Source of the DNA: Promethearchaeota archaeon | Lineage (GTDB): Archaea > Asgardarchaeota > Lokiarchaeia > Sigyniarchaeales > SOKP01 | Direction of reading: 5' to 3' | Assembly: GCA_019058295.1 (NCBI GenBank) | Contig: JAHPZI010000015.1 | Location: 44,679-108,678, forward strand | DNA length: 64,000 nt | Shown here: in pieces, positions 40,422-50,692 of the stretch | How positions within the stretch are numbered: the stretch's first letter is position 1 | How the letters are laid out: the number at the start of each line of letters is the position of its first letter | Notes under the pieces: generated by a model | Databases searched by the model: none | What the model saw: only the letters and a program-made list of their open reading frames with translations | Told to the model about the DNA's origin: nothing | Program-made: the position numbers and the translations under genes

Positions 40422-41549
40422 TTATCCAAAATTATTTAGAGTCTCATTTCCAAACGTATTAGTTCCATAATCTCCAAATGCAATATCATTATTCAGAGCT
40501 GTATTTCCTATTATTGTATTTTCTAAACTTACTATTGTCGGGGCCTCTAAAATTACAATCCCATGTCCATAATTCATTCCATCGAATTTAAAATCATAAA
40601 TTGCATTATTACATATAGTGTTATAGCTTGATTTATAAATCTGAATCCCCGAAATATTAGAACCTACGTTGACCGTCATTCCTCTAATTAAATTCCCTAT
40701 AATTGTTGTATAATTACTGCTGATCAGCTGAATTCCATCAGCACTTCCCATAATTATGTTATTCGCGATTGTATTATAATGACCATATAAAAAGTATATA
40801 CCCATTGCAGCCATATCCTTAATTATATTCCCTTCAATCGTATTATTTTCACCTCCCATATCAGGACTAGTCCAACTATATGCTATACCGCTCTCACAAT
40901 TAGAAATAGTATTTGCATGGATATGTGTATTGTTCCCTCCCGAAATCCTAATTCCAAATTGTATTTGATAAAAATAACAATCTTCAACCCAGACATTATT
41001 AGAATGAATATCGACTCCCTCGCCTTTTAAATCCGAGTCACCAATAATTTCAACCCTCTCAATATGAACCGAATTAGAATTCGTTTCATTTACTAAAATA
41101 ATCTCTTTCTCCATTTTTACGATATCGGATGCATTAATAATTAAATCCCTTATAATACAAGATTTGGCGTTAGTTATGTTAAAAGCAGTTCTATCTCCTC
41201 CACAATCTATTGTTGGTACTCCTGTTCCTTGTATAATATAGCTACCTCCTCCATCAATATCTATATGTGAAGTTAGAGTAATTGGTCTTGTTATCATAAT
41301 CTTGCCATTCCCAGTACCAATCATATCTATAGCATTATTTATATCTGCCTCTGAAGAGCAAGGATACTCATTTTCAGTTTTATATACTATTGTAGTTATC
41401 CCAGCAGGCCCATCGTCTCCATCATCTCCATCGTCACCTTCTACTGCTCCCGTTTGAACACTAATTAAAGAATACGCTCCGACTCCTAATCCTATAGCAG
41501 CTAATATAACGGCTATAATAGCAATTGTAGACAATTTATTACTTTCCAT
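40422..41549 (-). CDS. Membrane-tethered right-handed parallel beta-helix protein (NosD/pectate-lyase-like) with short Gly-X-Y linker
   Basis: N-terminal TM, GDDGDDGDDGPAG, repeated GI.....N.I..N.I rungs. Confidence 0.8.
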   Translation of the reverse strand: MESNKLSTIAIIAVILAAIGLGVGAYSLISVQTGAVEGDDGDDGDDGPAGITTIVYKTENEYPCSSEADINNAIDMIGTGNGKIMITRPITLTSHIDIDGGGSYIIQGTGVPTIDCGGDRTAFNITNAKSCIIRDLIINASDIVKMEKEIILVNETNSNSVHIERVEIIGDSDLKGEGVDIHSNNVWVEDCYFYQIQFGIRISGGNNTHIHANTISNCESGIAYSWTSPDMGGENNTIEGNIIKDMAAMGIYFLYGHYNTIANNIIMGSADGIQLISSNYTTIIGNLIRGMTVNVGSNISGIQIYKSSYNTICNNAIYDFKFDGMNYGHGIVILEAPTIVSLENTIIGNTALNNDIAFGDYGTNTFGNETLNNFG

Positions 41550-41768
41550 TCTTTTTTTACCTCTATTATTTTTAATTTATATTTTATTGAATTTATTGTA
41601 AAAAAGATTTAAGGAGTAATAATATTACTTAGTATTTATATGCATTTTTCCTATTAATCTACTCAAATTCTTTTTTAAAAGGGAAAAAGGCTTTTTTTAA
41701 CGACGATTTGTTATCTTACTTTTCTTTATTTATTCCAATACCATTAAATCAGACATAAATAAAGAAAT

Positions 41769-43196
41769 TTATTTGGTTCTCTTAATATTCATTATTTTAG
41801 TCTTCTTTTTTAACATTAAAACCCCTTGTACGGCTTCTTCAATGCTATGAAATACTGGAATATTTGAAAGCTCTAAAGATTCAATTATAGATCCATATTT
41901 AGGTATATAAGGTATGAAGCATAGAACTGGTTTTTTTGATATTGTCACTGTATTAGCAATTCGTCGTCCTATCTGAAAGGTTATAGACGGAGTATAGGGT
42001 AGAATTAAAATAATAATGCATTCAACCCTATCTATTTTTGAGAGATATTTAATTATATTCTCTAAATCTTCATCTCTAGCCGATCCTGTAAGATCAATTG
42101 GGTTTTCAAATGTTGCTATCCCTCGTGCGACAGGATTTACCAAATTCCTCATTTCAAGTTTTTCTTCTTGAGTGAAATCCACCGCCGTTAAGCCATAGTT
42201 TTTTAATAAATCTGCACAAATAACTCCATGACCGCCCGATAGAGATAGTATAGCAACTTTACCCTCCATAACGAGATTAGGGTCGAATGGCTTTTTCTTA
42301 TGAGATAAAATGTCTAATAACTTTAAATCTGTCAACAATTCGAGTTCTGTAAGTGGTTGTATTATTAAATATTGCTCTAATGCTGCCTGAAGTATTTTTT
42401 CATTGCCTGAAAGACTAGCAGTATGAGATTGAGTTGCTTTTTTGCCTTTTTCAGTCATCCCTCCAAAATATACAATTACATCATTATCAGATTCTTTAGC
42501 TAATTGGAGAAATTTTCTGCTCTTTGAGGGTTTAAACGCCTCTAAATAAAATGCAATATTAGAGGTGTCTTTATCTTTAGTGCTAAAATATTCTAAAAGC
42601 ATTGTTTCATCTACAACTGCTCGATTTCCTATTGAAACTGCTGTGGAAACTCCAATATTAATTTGATTAAATTTATGAAAGAATTGATCTACTAAAACTC
42701 CACCTGACTGACTAATCAATGCGACGGACCCCTTTGGAGGTCGTGTGATTCGCTCTGTAGGCATAAAAATTGTGTCCAACAAGGGGGGTGAATATACACC
42801 TATACAATTGGGACCTAGAACTGCGATATCATTCTCTACTGCTATTTTTATCAGCTTTTCTTGATATTTTTTTCCTTCTCCTCCTATTTCAGCAAAACCA
42901 CCGCTTATGATTATGCACCCTGGAATATTATATTCCGCACATTGTTCTACATATTCTAAAGTAGCTTTTGCAGGTATTGCAAGTACCATAAGTTCCGGAA
43001 CTTTTGGTAAATCCTCTAAACTGGTAAATAGCTCTACACCTTCAATTTCGCCCCCTCCCAGATGAATCCCAAACACTTCAACTTGCATCTCAAATACATT
43101 CTTTATAAAAATGATCCTTCCTGGACTTAATGGATTGGTTTTACTAATACCTACTACTACCATACTCTTTGGTTTAAAAAGTTTCTCTAAATCCAT
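41769..43196 (-). CDS. Acyl-CoA synthetase (ADP-forming) alpha subunit
   Basis: LFKPKSMVVVG, IISGGFAE, LGPNCIG, ISQSGG, SIGN, SHTASLSG (phospho-His), NPIDLTG. No ATP-grasp beta domain fused or adjacent. Confidence 0.88.
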   Translation of the reverse strand: MDLEKLFKPKSMVVVGISKTNPLSPGRIIFIKNVFEMQVEVFGIHLGGGEIEGVELFTSLEDLPKVPELMVLAIPAKATLEYVEQCAEYNIPGCIIISGGFAEIGGEGKKYQEKLIKIAVENDIAVLGPNCIGVYSPPLLDTIFMPTERITRPPKGSVALISQSGGVLVDQFFHKFNQINIGVSTAVSIGNRAVVDETMLLEYFSTKDKDTSNIAFYLEAFKPSKSRKFLQLAKESDNDVIVYFGGMTEKGKKATQSHTASLSGNEKILQAALEQYLIIQPLTELELLTDLKLLDILSHKKKPFDPNLVMEGKVAILSLSGGHGVICADLLKNYGLTAVDFTQEEKLEMRNLVNPVARGIATFENPIDLTGSARDEDLENIIKYLSKIDRVECIIILILPYTPSITFQIGRRIANTVTISKKPVLCFIPYIPKYGSIIESLELSNIPVFHSIEEAVQGVLMLKKKTKIMNIKRTK

Positions 43197-43376
43197 GGCT
43201 TTTCAGTAATTCTCTATGATTATTTTTTATAATTTTCCTTCTTAATAATTTTCAAGATCTTGTATATAATTCATTTTAAATTAATATTTTATAACTATTA
43301 GAATTTTAAGTGTAAAAATATAGATTAATTTAATAAATAGTATCAATCAAAAATAAATAATTGAGAAGAAGCGGAA

Positions 43377-43691
43377 ATGTCTACATATTTGATTAGTCCA
43401 GAATTTGTGTTATTCATACGAATTGTATCTATACTCGGATTCATATTTTTAGGATCATATACTTTTTATTCATACTTAAAAATCAAGAATTTAACGCTAT
43501 TATTTATTTCCTTGGCGTTTTTCGTTATTGCGTTTTCAATAATATTAAGAGTTACAGTTATTCCAATAGCAGAAACAGCATATGGCGAGACAGAACTCAT
43601 AGAAGCATTATTTGAAGGAATCCAATTTATAGCAGCTTTTTTCTTTTATGCTGGTTTAAGATTAATCCAACGTAAAAAGGAGGGAGAATAA
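43377..43691 (+). CDS. Small 3-TM membrane protein A
   Basis: Three hydrophobic helices; pattern Y.K.KN..LLF..LAF. Confidence 0.78.
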   Translation: MSTYLISPEFVLFIRIVSILGFIFLGSYTFYSYLKIKNLTLLFISLAFFVIAFSIILRVTVIPIAETAYGETELIEALFEGIQFIAAFFFYAGLRLIQRKKEGE

Positions 43692-43693
43692 TA

Positions 43694-43996
43694 ATGGTGC
43701 TAGAATTAACTCATTTGATAGAATATGGTGTTGAAATAGGCTATGGGATTATTTATTTGATTTTAGCAATATCAACTTTTCTAAAATATAAAAAAACTGA
43801 TAATAAGCTAGCATTATATTTTTTCGCTGCATTTATTTGCTTGGCATTTTCAGGATTTTATGGAGGAATAGCGGGGATTTTAAATAAATCGGGATTCGAG
43901 ATGATACCTATTCTTGGCGATAAGATTTTAGAGATTTATGAAGGAGTAGCACTCGTTGCATTAATATTTTTTATAATCGGATTAATAAAAATCTAA
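43694..43996 (+). CDS. Small 3-TM membrane protein B (paralog-like to A)
   Basis: Three hydrophobic helices; pattern YKKT.NKLALYF..AF. Starts 2 nt after the stop of A; GGAG/GAGG upstream. Confidence 0.78.
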   Translation: MVLELTHLIEYGVEIGYGIIYLILAISTFLKYKKTDNKLALYFFAAFICLAFSGFYGGIAGILNKSGFEMIPILGDKILEIYEGVALVALIFFIIGLIKI

Positions 43997-43998
43997 TC

Positions 43999-44463
43999 TT
44001 GGAAAATGAAGATAAGATGGCAGAAGAGTTATGGATAATCGATACTGGGGGTATATGTTTTTTTCATAGATGGATTAATAAAGAAACCATACTAGAAAGC
44101 ATTGAAAAAAAAATTCAAATAAAAGATCAACTATTCAGCGGTCTATTATCAGGAATATTAACTTTTACATCGAAAGTCACATCAGATAAGATCGAAAAAA
44201 TTCAAATGTCTGAAGGGAAGTTCTTATTTTTTACGAGTAAAAATTTAATCTTTATTGTTAGAGCAAAAATTAAATCATCAGATAACAAATTAAAAAAAAA
44301 AATTAAATTATTAGAGGATTTATTCCTAAAAAAATTTGAAAAGAAATTAGATAATTTTAATGGCGAAGTCTCATCATTTAAAATTTTTGAAGAAGATTTG
44401 GATGAGATTTTTAATAAAATGACAAAAGTTGAGAAATGGGGTAAAGGAATTTCAAATTTATAA
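43999..44463 (+). CDS. Stand-alone longin-like domain protein
   Basis: LWIIDTGGICFFHR...QLFSGLLSGILTF...IEKIQM...LIFIV...LF.KKF...FNGEVSSF..F, the pattern of Asgard longin (sedlin/sigma-adaptin-like) domains. Start TTG 43999 or ATG 44017. Confidence 0.75.
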   Translation: MENEDKMAEELWIIDTGGICFFHRWINKETILESIEKKIQIKDQLFSGLLSGILTFTSKVTSDKIEKIQMSEGKFLFFTSKNLIFIVRAKIKSSDNKLKKKIKLLEDLFLKKFEKKLDNFNGEVSSFKIFEEDLDEIFNKMTKVEKWGKGISNL

Positions 44464-44569
44464 GTCGATTTTATCCACTTTATTAATTAAATAATTACTT
44501 TTAATAATATTTTTTAATAGATTTTCTATAATCGTAGGTTAGAATAAAGACTTTGGTGGGTGATTTAAA

Positions 44570-46405
44570 ATAATCAAAGGGTTTAGAGGAAGATTATTAC
44601 GAGTGAATTTGTCGATAAAAGAGATATCAACAGAACCATTAAATGAAAATTATGCTAAAGATTTCTTAGGAGGAGCAGGTTATGCCTGTCGGTATTTACA
44701 TGATTTTATCGATAAAGCTACAAATCCTCTATCTCCTGATAATATTATAATGTTCATGAATGGCCCATTAAATGGAACATTTGCTCCTAATACTGGTAGA
44801 TGGGTGGTGTGTTCCAAATCACCATATACTGGAATTTGGGGTGAATCAAACTGCGGCAGCTGGTTTGGTGCTGAAGTTAAGAAGGCGGGTTATGATGGTA
44901 TCATTATATCTGGTACTTCGGATAAACCAGTATACCTTGAAATTAAGGATAATAATGCAAAAATTAAAGACGCTGAGTCTTTATGGGGTAAAGGTACATT
45001 TTATACTACAAAAAAGCTTAAAGAGGTTTTTGGAGATGAAAAAGCTATGGTAGCGTGTATCGGTCAAGCCGGTGAAAACCTTGTAAAATTCGCAAACATT
45101 GTATCAGAACAGAGGGCCGCTGGTAGAACTGGCATGGGTGCGATTTTAGGTTCAAAAAAGCTAAAAGCAATAATTGTAAAAGGGAGTAATATTAAATTAG
45201 ATGTAGCCAATCCCGATAAATTGAAGGAAGTAATAGCTAAAACAAGAGATAATGTTAAATCTTCAATGATGACAAAAATCTTAAATAAATTTGGGACTTC
45301 TGGTGGTGTTAACCTTTATAATACAACTGGAGAATTACCAATCAAATATTTCACACAATCAAATTGGGATTATGCAGACAATATCTCGGGAGTCACAATG
45401 GCAGAAAAAATATTAGTTAAAAATAGATTCTGCCATTCATGCGTTATTGGCTGTGGAAGGAGAGTTGTTATTAAAGAAGGTAACTACAAAACTGATGAAA
45501 TTGAGGGTCCTGAGTATGAAACACTTGTGAGTTATGGAAGCCTATATTTAAATGATAATTTAGAAGCTATCGTTGATATTAATACAAAATGCTATGATTA
45601 TGGAATTGATACTATTAGTTCTGGAGCCATAATCTCGCTTATAACTTATCATTATAATCAAGGGAATATTAAATTAGAAGCCCTTGATGGATTAATACCA
45701 GAATGGGGTAATAATAAAGTAGCTGAAAAGTTTTTGGAAAAAATTGTTAAACGTGAAGGAATAGGAGATCTTTTGGCTGAAGGGTCCAATGCTGTTGGTA
45801 AAAGATTTAATATTCCTCAAGATGAGATTGCTACAGTTTATGGTTTAGAAATAACTTATCATGATCTACGTTCAAATTATGGAATGGCGATAGCATATGG
45901 GATGGGGTTAAAAGGGCCTTCACATAATTTACTTGATGCTTATTTTGTATTAACAGGCATTCCATTAGAAGAAATTGGGATAAAATTAATAGATAAATTC
46001 TCTGATAGTAGGGATATGGCTGAATTTTGCTCTTTACTTATGGATTACCGAGCATTATATAGTTCAATGATAATGTGTTCTTTTTGTAATCCTTTACCTT
46101 CTCAAATTGCATCTATAATTGAACATGCTACTGGATTAAAATTTGGACTTGACGAGATTAAATTATATGGAGAGAGAATAGCAACAATTAAACGATTATT
46201 TAACATTAAAATGGGGTTAACTCAAGAAGATGACAATTTACCACAGATTTTGTTGAGACCATTTTCAGATGGCGGTTCAGCGGGTAAATCCCCAGATTTT
46301 AAAAAATTAAAAAAGTATTTTTACAACTATAGAGACTGGGATCCAAAAACCGGAATCCCAAGTGACTTTAAACTTAATATATTATCATTAAATACTCTAA
46401 GATAG
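44570..46405 (+). CDS. aor: Aldehyde:ferredoxin oxidoreductase (AOR family), paralog 2
   Basis: FLGGAG, KSPYTG, IGQAGENLV, GRTGMGAILGSK, CHSCVIGC, GPEYET, YGIDT. The N-terminal GFRGRLLRVNL motif begins upstream of the GTG at 44603, so ATA 44570 is proposed as the start. Confidence 0.9.
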   Translation: MIKGFRGRLLRVNLSIKEISTEPLNENYAKDFLGGAGYACRYLHDFIDKATNPLSPDNIIMFMNGPLNGTFAPNTGRWVVCSKSPYTGIWGESNCGSWFGAEVKKAGYDGIIISGTSDKPVYLEIKDNNAKIKDAESLWGKGTFYTTKKLKEVFGDEKAMVACIGQAGENLVKFANIVSEQRAAGRTGMGAILGSKKLKAIIVKGSNIKLDVANPDKLKEVIAKTRDNVKSSMMTKILNKFGTSGGVNLYNTTGELPIKYFTQSNWDYADNISGVTMAEKILVKNRFCHSCVIGCGRRVVIKEGNYKTDEIEGPEYETLVSYGSLYLNDNLEAIVDINTKCYDYGIDTISSGAIISLITYHYNQGNIKLEALDGLIPEWGNNKVAEKFLEKIVKREGIGDLLAEGSNAVGKRFNIPQDEIATVYGLEITYHDLRSNYGMAIAYGMGLKGPSHNLLDAYFVLTGIPLEEIGIKLIDKFSDSRDMAEFCSLLMDYRALYSSMIMCSFCNPLPSQIASIIEHATGLKFGLDEIKLYGERIATIKRLFNIKMGLTQEDDNLPQILLRPFSDGGSAGKSPDFKKLKKYFYNYRDWDPKTGIPSDFKLNILSLNTLR

Positions 46406-46441
46406 AATTAAAATTATTTAATATTAAAAATAAATAAAAAG

Positions 46442-47932
46442 GTGAAAAAGACGAATAAAGAGGATATTTGCTTTATGTCAGCTTGCGATATGATAGATAA
46501 AATTAAAAGGCAAGAATTAACATCGCAAGAAATAACTGAAGCTATAATCGAAAGAATTGAAAGAATAAATCCAATAATTAACGCCTATTGTACTCCTACC
46601 TTCGATCTTGCAAGAGAAACCGCTAAGAAAGCGGATGAGGCCGTGAAAAAGGGAGAAAAGCTAGGTTTGTTGCATGGAGTCCCTACTTCTATAAAGGACG
46701 AAGTAGAAACTAAGGGTATAAGAAGTACTTTTGGATGTGTAATATTTGAGAATTACATCCCAGAAGAGGATGATGTCGCAGTGGCGAGGTTAAAAGATGC
46801 AGGTATAGTTATGTTAGGAAAAACCAATACCCCAGCATTTGGATATGCCCCAATTACGAATAATAAGATTTTTGGACCATCTAAAAACCCTTGGGATTTA
46901 ACCAAAACGCCTGGTGGTTCAAGTGGTGGTGCTGCTGCAGCATGTGTCGCTGGATTGGCCCCTATTAATCTTGGGGGTGATGGGGGAGGTTCTATAAGAA
47001 TTCCTAGTAGTTGGTCAGGATGTTTTGGAATAAAACCCACCTTTGGCAGAGTCCCTCATTTATTTGCTAAGTTAGGTGGAACTGCAGCAACTCTAAGCCA
47101 AGGAGGACCTCTCGTAAGGTATGTGAAAGACGCGGCGTTATATCTTGATGTAGTATGTGGCCCACACGAATCAGATAAATATTCTGCACCAAAACCTCCG
47201 TATAGTTTTCTTGAGAAACTGAACGAGACGCCTAAAAAACTAAAAATTGGTATTACTTTCGATATGAACAATGTACAAGCAATTGATCCCGAAGTTAGGA
47301 AGATTGTCTTAGATAGCGCTGAAAAATTAACCCAAATGGGTTGGACACTCGAAGAGAGTAAATTAATTAATCTGAAAGAATCCTCAAAAACTTTGCTTGG
47401 TGTAAAGAGGCCTAAGCTTAGAAGTCCCTCCATCGTCATAGGAACAATCTGGGCAACGAGCTTTGCACATGTTTTAAAAGTAACTAAGTTATATAATAAA
47501 TGGAAGGATAAAATGGACGATACATTAATAACTATGTGTAAAATGGGGGAGGCATTCTCAGCACAGGATGTTAAAGTTGCTGAATTACAAATAGAAATGA
47601 TTAATGAAAATATCGCAGAACACTTTAAGGAATACGATATTTTAATATCTCCTGCAACGACCATTCCTGCACCACCCTTCGACACTACATTATTAGACTT
47701 AATTGAAGTAGATGGGAGAAAGACGAATTCTACTGATTGGGCGGCTTTTACTTACCCATTCAACTTTAGCGGTCATCCGGGAGCGTCGATTCCGTGTGGA
47801 TGGCATAGTAGCGGACTACCCATAGGAATGCAAATTGTCGGAAAGCGATGGGACGAAGTCACTGTCCTTCAAGTGTCAAAAGCTTTCGAAGAAATAGCTC
47901 CATGGCAAGATAAAAAACCTAATTTTAATTAA
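46442..47932 (+). CDS. Amidase signature family protein
   Basis: LHGVPTSIKD, GKTNTP, NPWD..KTPGGSSGGAAA, DGGGSIRIP, GLPIGMQIVG. Confidence 0.93.
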   Translation: MKKTNKEDICFMSACDMIDKIKRQELTSQEITEAIIERIERINPIINAYCTPTFDLARETAKKADEAVKKGEKLGLLHGVPTSIKDEVETKGIRSTFGCVIFENYIPEEDDVAVARLKDAGIVMLGKTNTPAFGYAPITNNKIFGPSKNPWDLTKTPGGSSGGAAAACVAGLAPINLGGDGGGSIRIPSSWSGCFGIKPTFGRVPHLFAKLGGTAATLSQGGPLVRYVKDAALYLDVVCGPHESDKYSAPKPPYSFLEKLNETPKKLKIGITFDMNNVQAIDPEVRKIVLDSAEKLTQMGWTLEESKLINLKESSKTLLGVKRPKLRSPSIVIGTIWATSFAHVLKVTKLYNKWKDKMDDTLITMCKMGEAFSAQDVKVAELQIEMINENIAEHFKEYDILISPATTIPAPPFDTTLLDLIEVDGRKTNSTDWAAFTYPFNFSGHPGASIPCGWHSSGLPIGMQIVGKRWDEVTVLQVSKAFEEIAPWQDKKPNFN

Positions 47933-48116
47933 CAGATTTTTTTATAAATTATTTTATTTATTATTATTTTTTTCTGACTTTTTTTCTTGGTTATTTATAT
48001 AGAGAGTGGTGACTTTTCTAAAATGCCTTTAGAAGTTCCGTAAGTGTCGAATTGAGATTAACTAAACTTATTATTAAACACTATAAAACAAGATTTAGAA
48101 TACTGTATAAGATTAG

Positions 48117-48908
48117 TCAAATAAATGCAATTAGAAATGTCAATGAACTTATACTTAAAATAAGAATAAGTAGAATTATTATTGATGAGCCCTTAGTCTC
48201 TTTTTCTCGAACAGCTAAATAAAAACAAAATATCCCTACTATCAATAGTATTGTCGTTCTTATCGCCATTTTTTCAGGAGTCCAGAGACCAAGTGGTGGA
48301 ATATAATTATCAAAATCGGGTATTTCTGGTCTTACTAAAAAATTAATCCAATCACAGATAAAACTCATTACAATAACCCATCCTGTTAAATAAAATAATA
48401 TGATTCTTTTTCTCTCTTCATCAAAAAACTTTTCAAATCGCTCTGGTCTCTCATTGAAATCTACATTATAATAATTCGTAACAAAATAGGTTCCAATAAT
48501 GAGTGTTCTTAAAGGAATAGCCAATACCCATAAAGTTATGAGATATATAATGGTAAGTGGATGTGTTAATGGATACACACCATAATTATACCATAAAATC
48601 CAGGGGTATCCAATCCAATTCCAAAATCCAGTAGACAAGCTGTCAATTATACCATCGAGAAATATAAAAAAAACAATAATGATAAATGCCTTAAGAGGTG
48701 TAGTTGCATGTCTTGGAATATAAATAGAGCAAAGCAACCATACTACCATCATAATTGAAAATAAATCCCATCCAAATAGGTCAGTTTTAGCGATTACATT
48801 AATTATGATCATTATAACTGTAAATAAACTCATTAAAACAATATAGAGTAACTCCCAATTAGCATCGATAAATTTGATGATCATATTTTTTTTAGAGAAA
48901 TCTGCCAT
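48117..48908 (-). CDS. Hypothetical multi-pass membrane protein (~7 TM)
   Basis: Multiple hydrophobic, Trp-rich segments. No family recognised. Confidence 0.7.
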   Translation of the reverse strand: MADFSKKNMIIKFIDANWELLYIVLMSLFTVIMIIINVIAKTDLFGWDLFSIMMVVWLLCSIYIPRHATTPLKAFIIIVFFIFLDGIIDSLSTGFWNWIGYPWILWYNYGVYPLTHPLTIIYLITLWVLAIPLRTLIIGTYFVTNYYNVDFNERPERFEKFFDEERKRIILFYLTGWVIVMSFICDWINFLVRPEIPDFDNYIPPLGLWTPEKMAIRTTILLIVGIFCFYLAVREKETKGSSIIILLILILSISSLTFLIAFI

Positions 48909-49147
48909 AAACTTGATTGTTCATTATTAGATTATTATTATTATTAACTTAATTCATAAGAATGTAAATTTTACGGTTTCAAATAAAGTATTTTCTGAAT
49001 TTAGAGAAGAATTAATTAGTTTAGTATAAGACAAAATCTAAATTCTTTCATCATATACTCTGGAACCATTTATTACTTGCTGCGAAATTACTGAGAACTA
49101 AAAATAAAGAGAGTTCAGAAAAAAATCAAGAAAAGTTGATAATATTG

Positions 49148-50212
49148 TTATTTTTTTAATTTATTTCTCAATTTTTCCGAGATTAAATCTCCCATTTCTT
49201 TAGTTGAGAGAGTTTTTAAATTAGGATTTTTAATGTCAACTGTTCGCCCCTCTTTAAGACCTTCTTCAACTGCAGTCTCGATTTCGTTTCCTATTTTGGA
49301 TTGAAAGGATTCCTCCATCATTAATTTTACGCTTAGAATCGTGCCAATTGGATTGGCAATTCCTTTTCCCGCAATATCTGGAGCAGATCCATGTATTGGT
49401 TCATACATGGAGGTTTTATTTGGATGAATATTGCCACTTGAAGCCATACCTAAGCTTCCAATCAGAAATGCGGCCTCATCACTAATGATGTCTCCAAACA
49501 TGTTTCCAGTGACGACGGTTTGGTAGGCGTATGGTGTTCGGATGAGCCATTGACAAAACGCATCAATATAGATATCCTCCTTCTTTAAATTGGGATATTC
49601 TGAGCCAATTTCATGAAAAATTTTACGCCATAGCTGGCTTGGTTTTAAAATATTAGCCTTATCAACAGATGTTACTTTTTTATGACCCTTCCTTTTAGCA
49701 AATTCAAAAGCGAATTTGATAATCCGTTCACATCCTTCACGGGTATAATGCATTATATTCTGGGCTTCATTCTCCTTTAAATACCCGATATTTTTATATA
49801 AACCCTCTGTATTCTCTCTGACAAAATAAATATCAATTCCATCACCAATCAATTCATCCCTTAAAGGACATCGATCCCTCAATGGTTCATAAAGTTTTAT
49901 TGGTCTTAAATTCACATATAAATCTAATCCCTGTCTAATATTCAAAATTGCAATTTCGGCTACTCCTTGAGGTAATCCAGGAATTCCAATTGCCCCAAAT
50001 AACAACGCATCCGAATTTTTAATTGTTTCAAATGATTTTTCAGGCAAACTTTCACCATATTTTTTCCATACAGCACCACCCGCTGGAGCTTCTTTGAATT
50101 CAAACTCAAAATCAGTATAACTACTAATCACTTTTAAAATCTTAATGCCCTCGTCTACTACCTCAGGACCTACCCCATCCCCTTTGCAAATAGATATTAT
50201 TTTTTTAATCAA
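49148..50212 (-). CDS. leuB: 3-isopropylmalate dehydrogenase
   Basis: GDGVGPEV, LFGAIG, NLRP, RENTEGLY, VDKANIL, NMFGDIISDEA, YEPIHGSAPDIAGKGIANP. Confidence 0.88.
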   Translation of the reverse strand: MIKKIISICKGDGVGPEVVDEGIKILKVISSYTDFEFEFKEAPAGGAVWKKYGESLPEKSFETIKNSDALLFGAIGIPGLPQGVAEIAILNIRQGLDLYVNLRPIKLYEPLRDRCPLRDELIGDGIDIYFVRENTEGLYKNIGYLKENEAQNIMHYTREGCERIIKFAFEFAKRKGHKKVTSVDKANILKPSQLWRKIFHEIGSEYPNLKKEDIYIDAFCQWLIRTPYAYQTVVTGNMFGDIISDEAAFLIGSLGMASSGNIHPNKTSMYEPIHGSAPDIAGKGIANPIGTILSVKLMMEESFQSKIGNEIETAVEEGLKEGRTVDIKNPNLKTLSTKEMGDLISEKLRNKLKK

Positions 50213-50588
50213 ATTCTAATCCTTTAATTATGCTTTAAATAATTATTACGATATAATGTTATTAAATTTTCAGAGAATTACTAAAAAATTATATGGAAAT
50301 TAAAAGCCTCTTTTTGTTTAAACTTTAATAATTGATGCTTATCATCATAATTGATTAATATTAACCTTATTATAAGGATATTTCATTATATAATTTTGAG
50401 TAATAACCCCGAGCACCTTATTTTATATCAAGATCTCAGAGCTAACAGCTCGGTTTAATCTCGTGGCTTTTCTTCTAAGACTTCTTATTTTCATTTTTCT
50501 GTCGATCGGATAAAATATATTAACCCAAACATAATAAATCGAAAAATTTACGCAATCTTTAAATATTTGAAAGAAGTATTATTAAATA

Positions 50589-50683
50589 ATAAAGTTCATG
50601 TTAAAAAATGTGGACTTTGTAATAAAAAAAAATAAAAAATTCTATCTTTCGGTTAATTAACCGAAATAATTAAAAAGTGGAGG
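50589..50683 (+). promoter_or_regulatory. Putative structured 5' leader of the histone gene (two hairpins + GGAGG)
   Basis: TATA-like TTTAAATA at 50558-50565; G-U-rich hairpin 50589-50620; perfect 20-bp palindrome TTTCGGTTAATTAACCGAAA 50647-50666; GGAGG 50679-50683. Confidence 0.5.
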
Positions 50684-50692
50684 AATAATAAA

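Noticed and set aside
44540-44563. In-frame TGA upstream of AOR2 as possible selenocysteine
   Set aside because: A TAG lies 7 codons further upstream with no start codon between, and the position precedes the normal AOR N-terminus.
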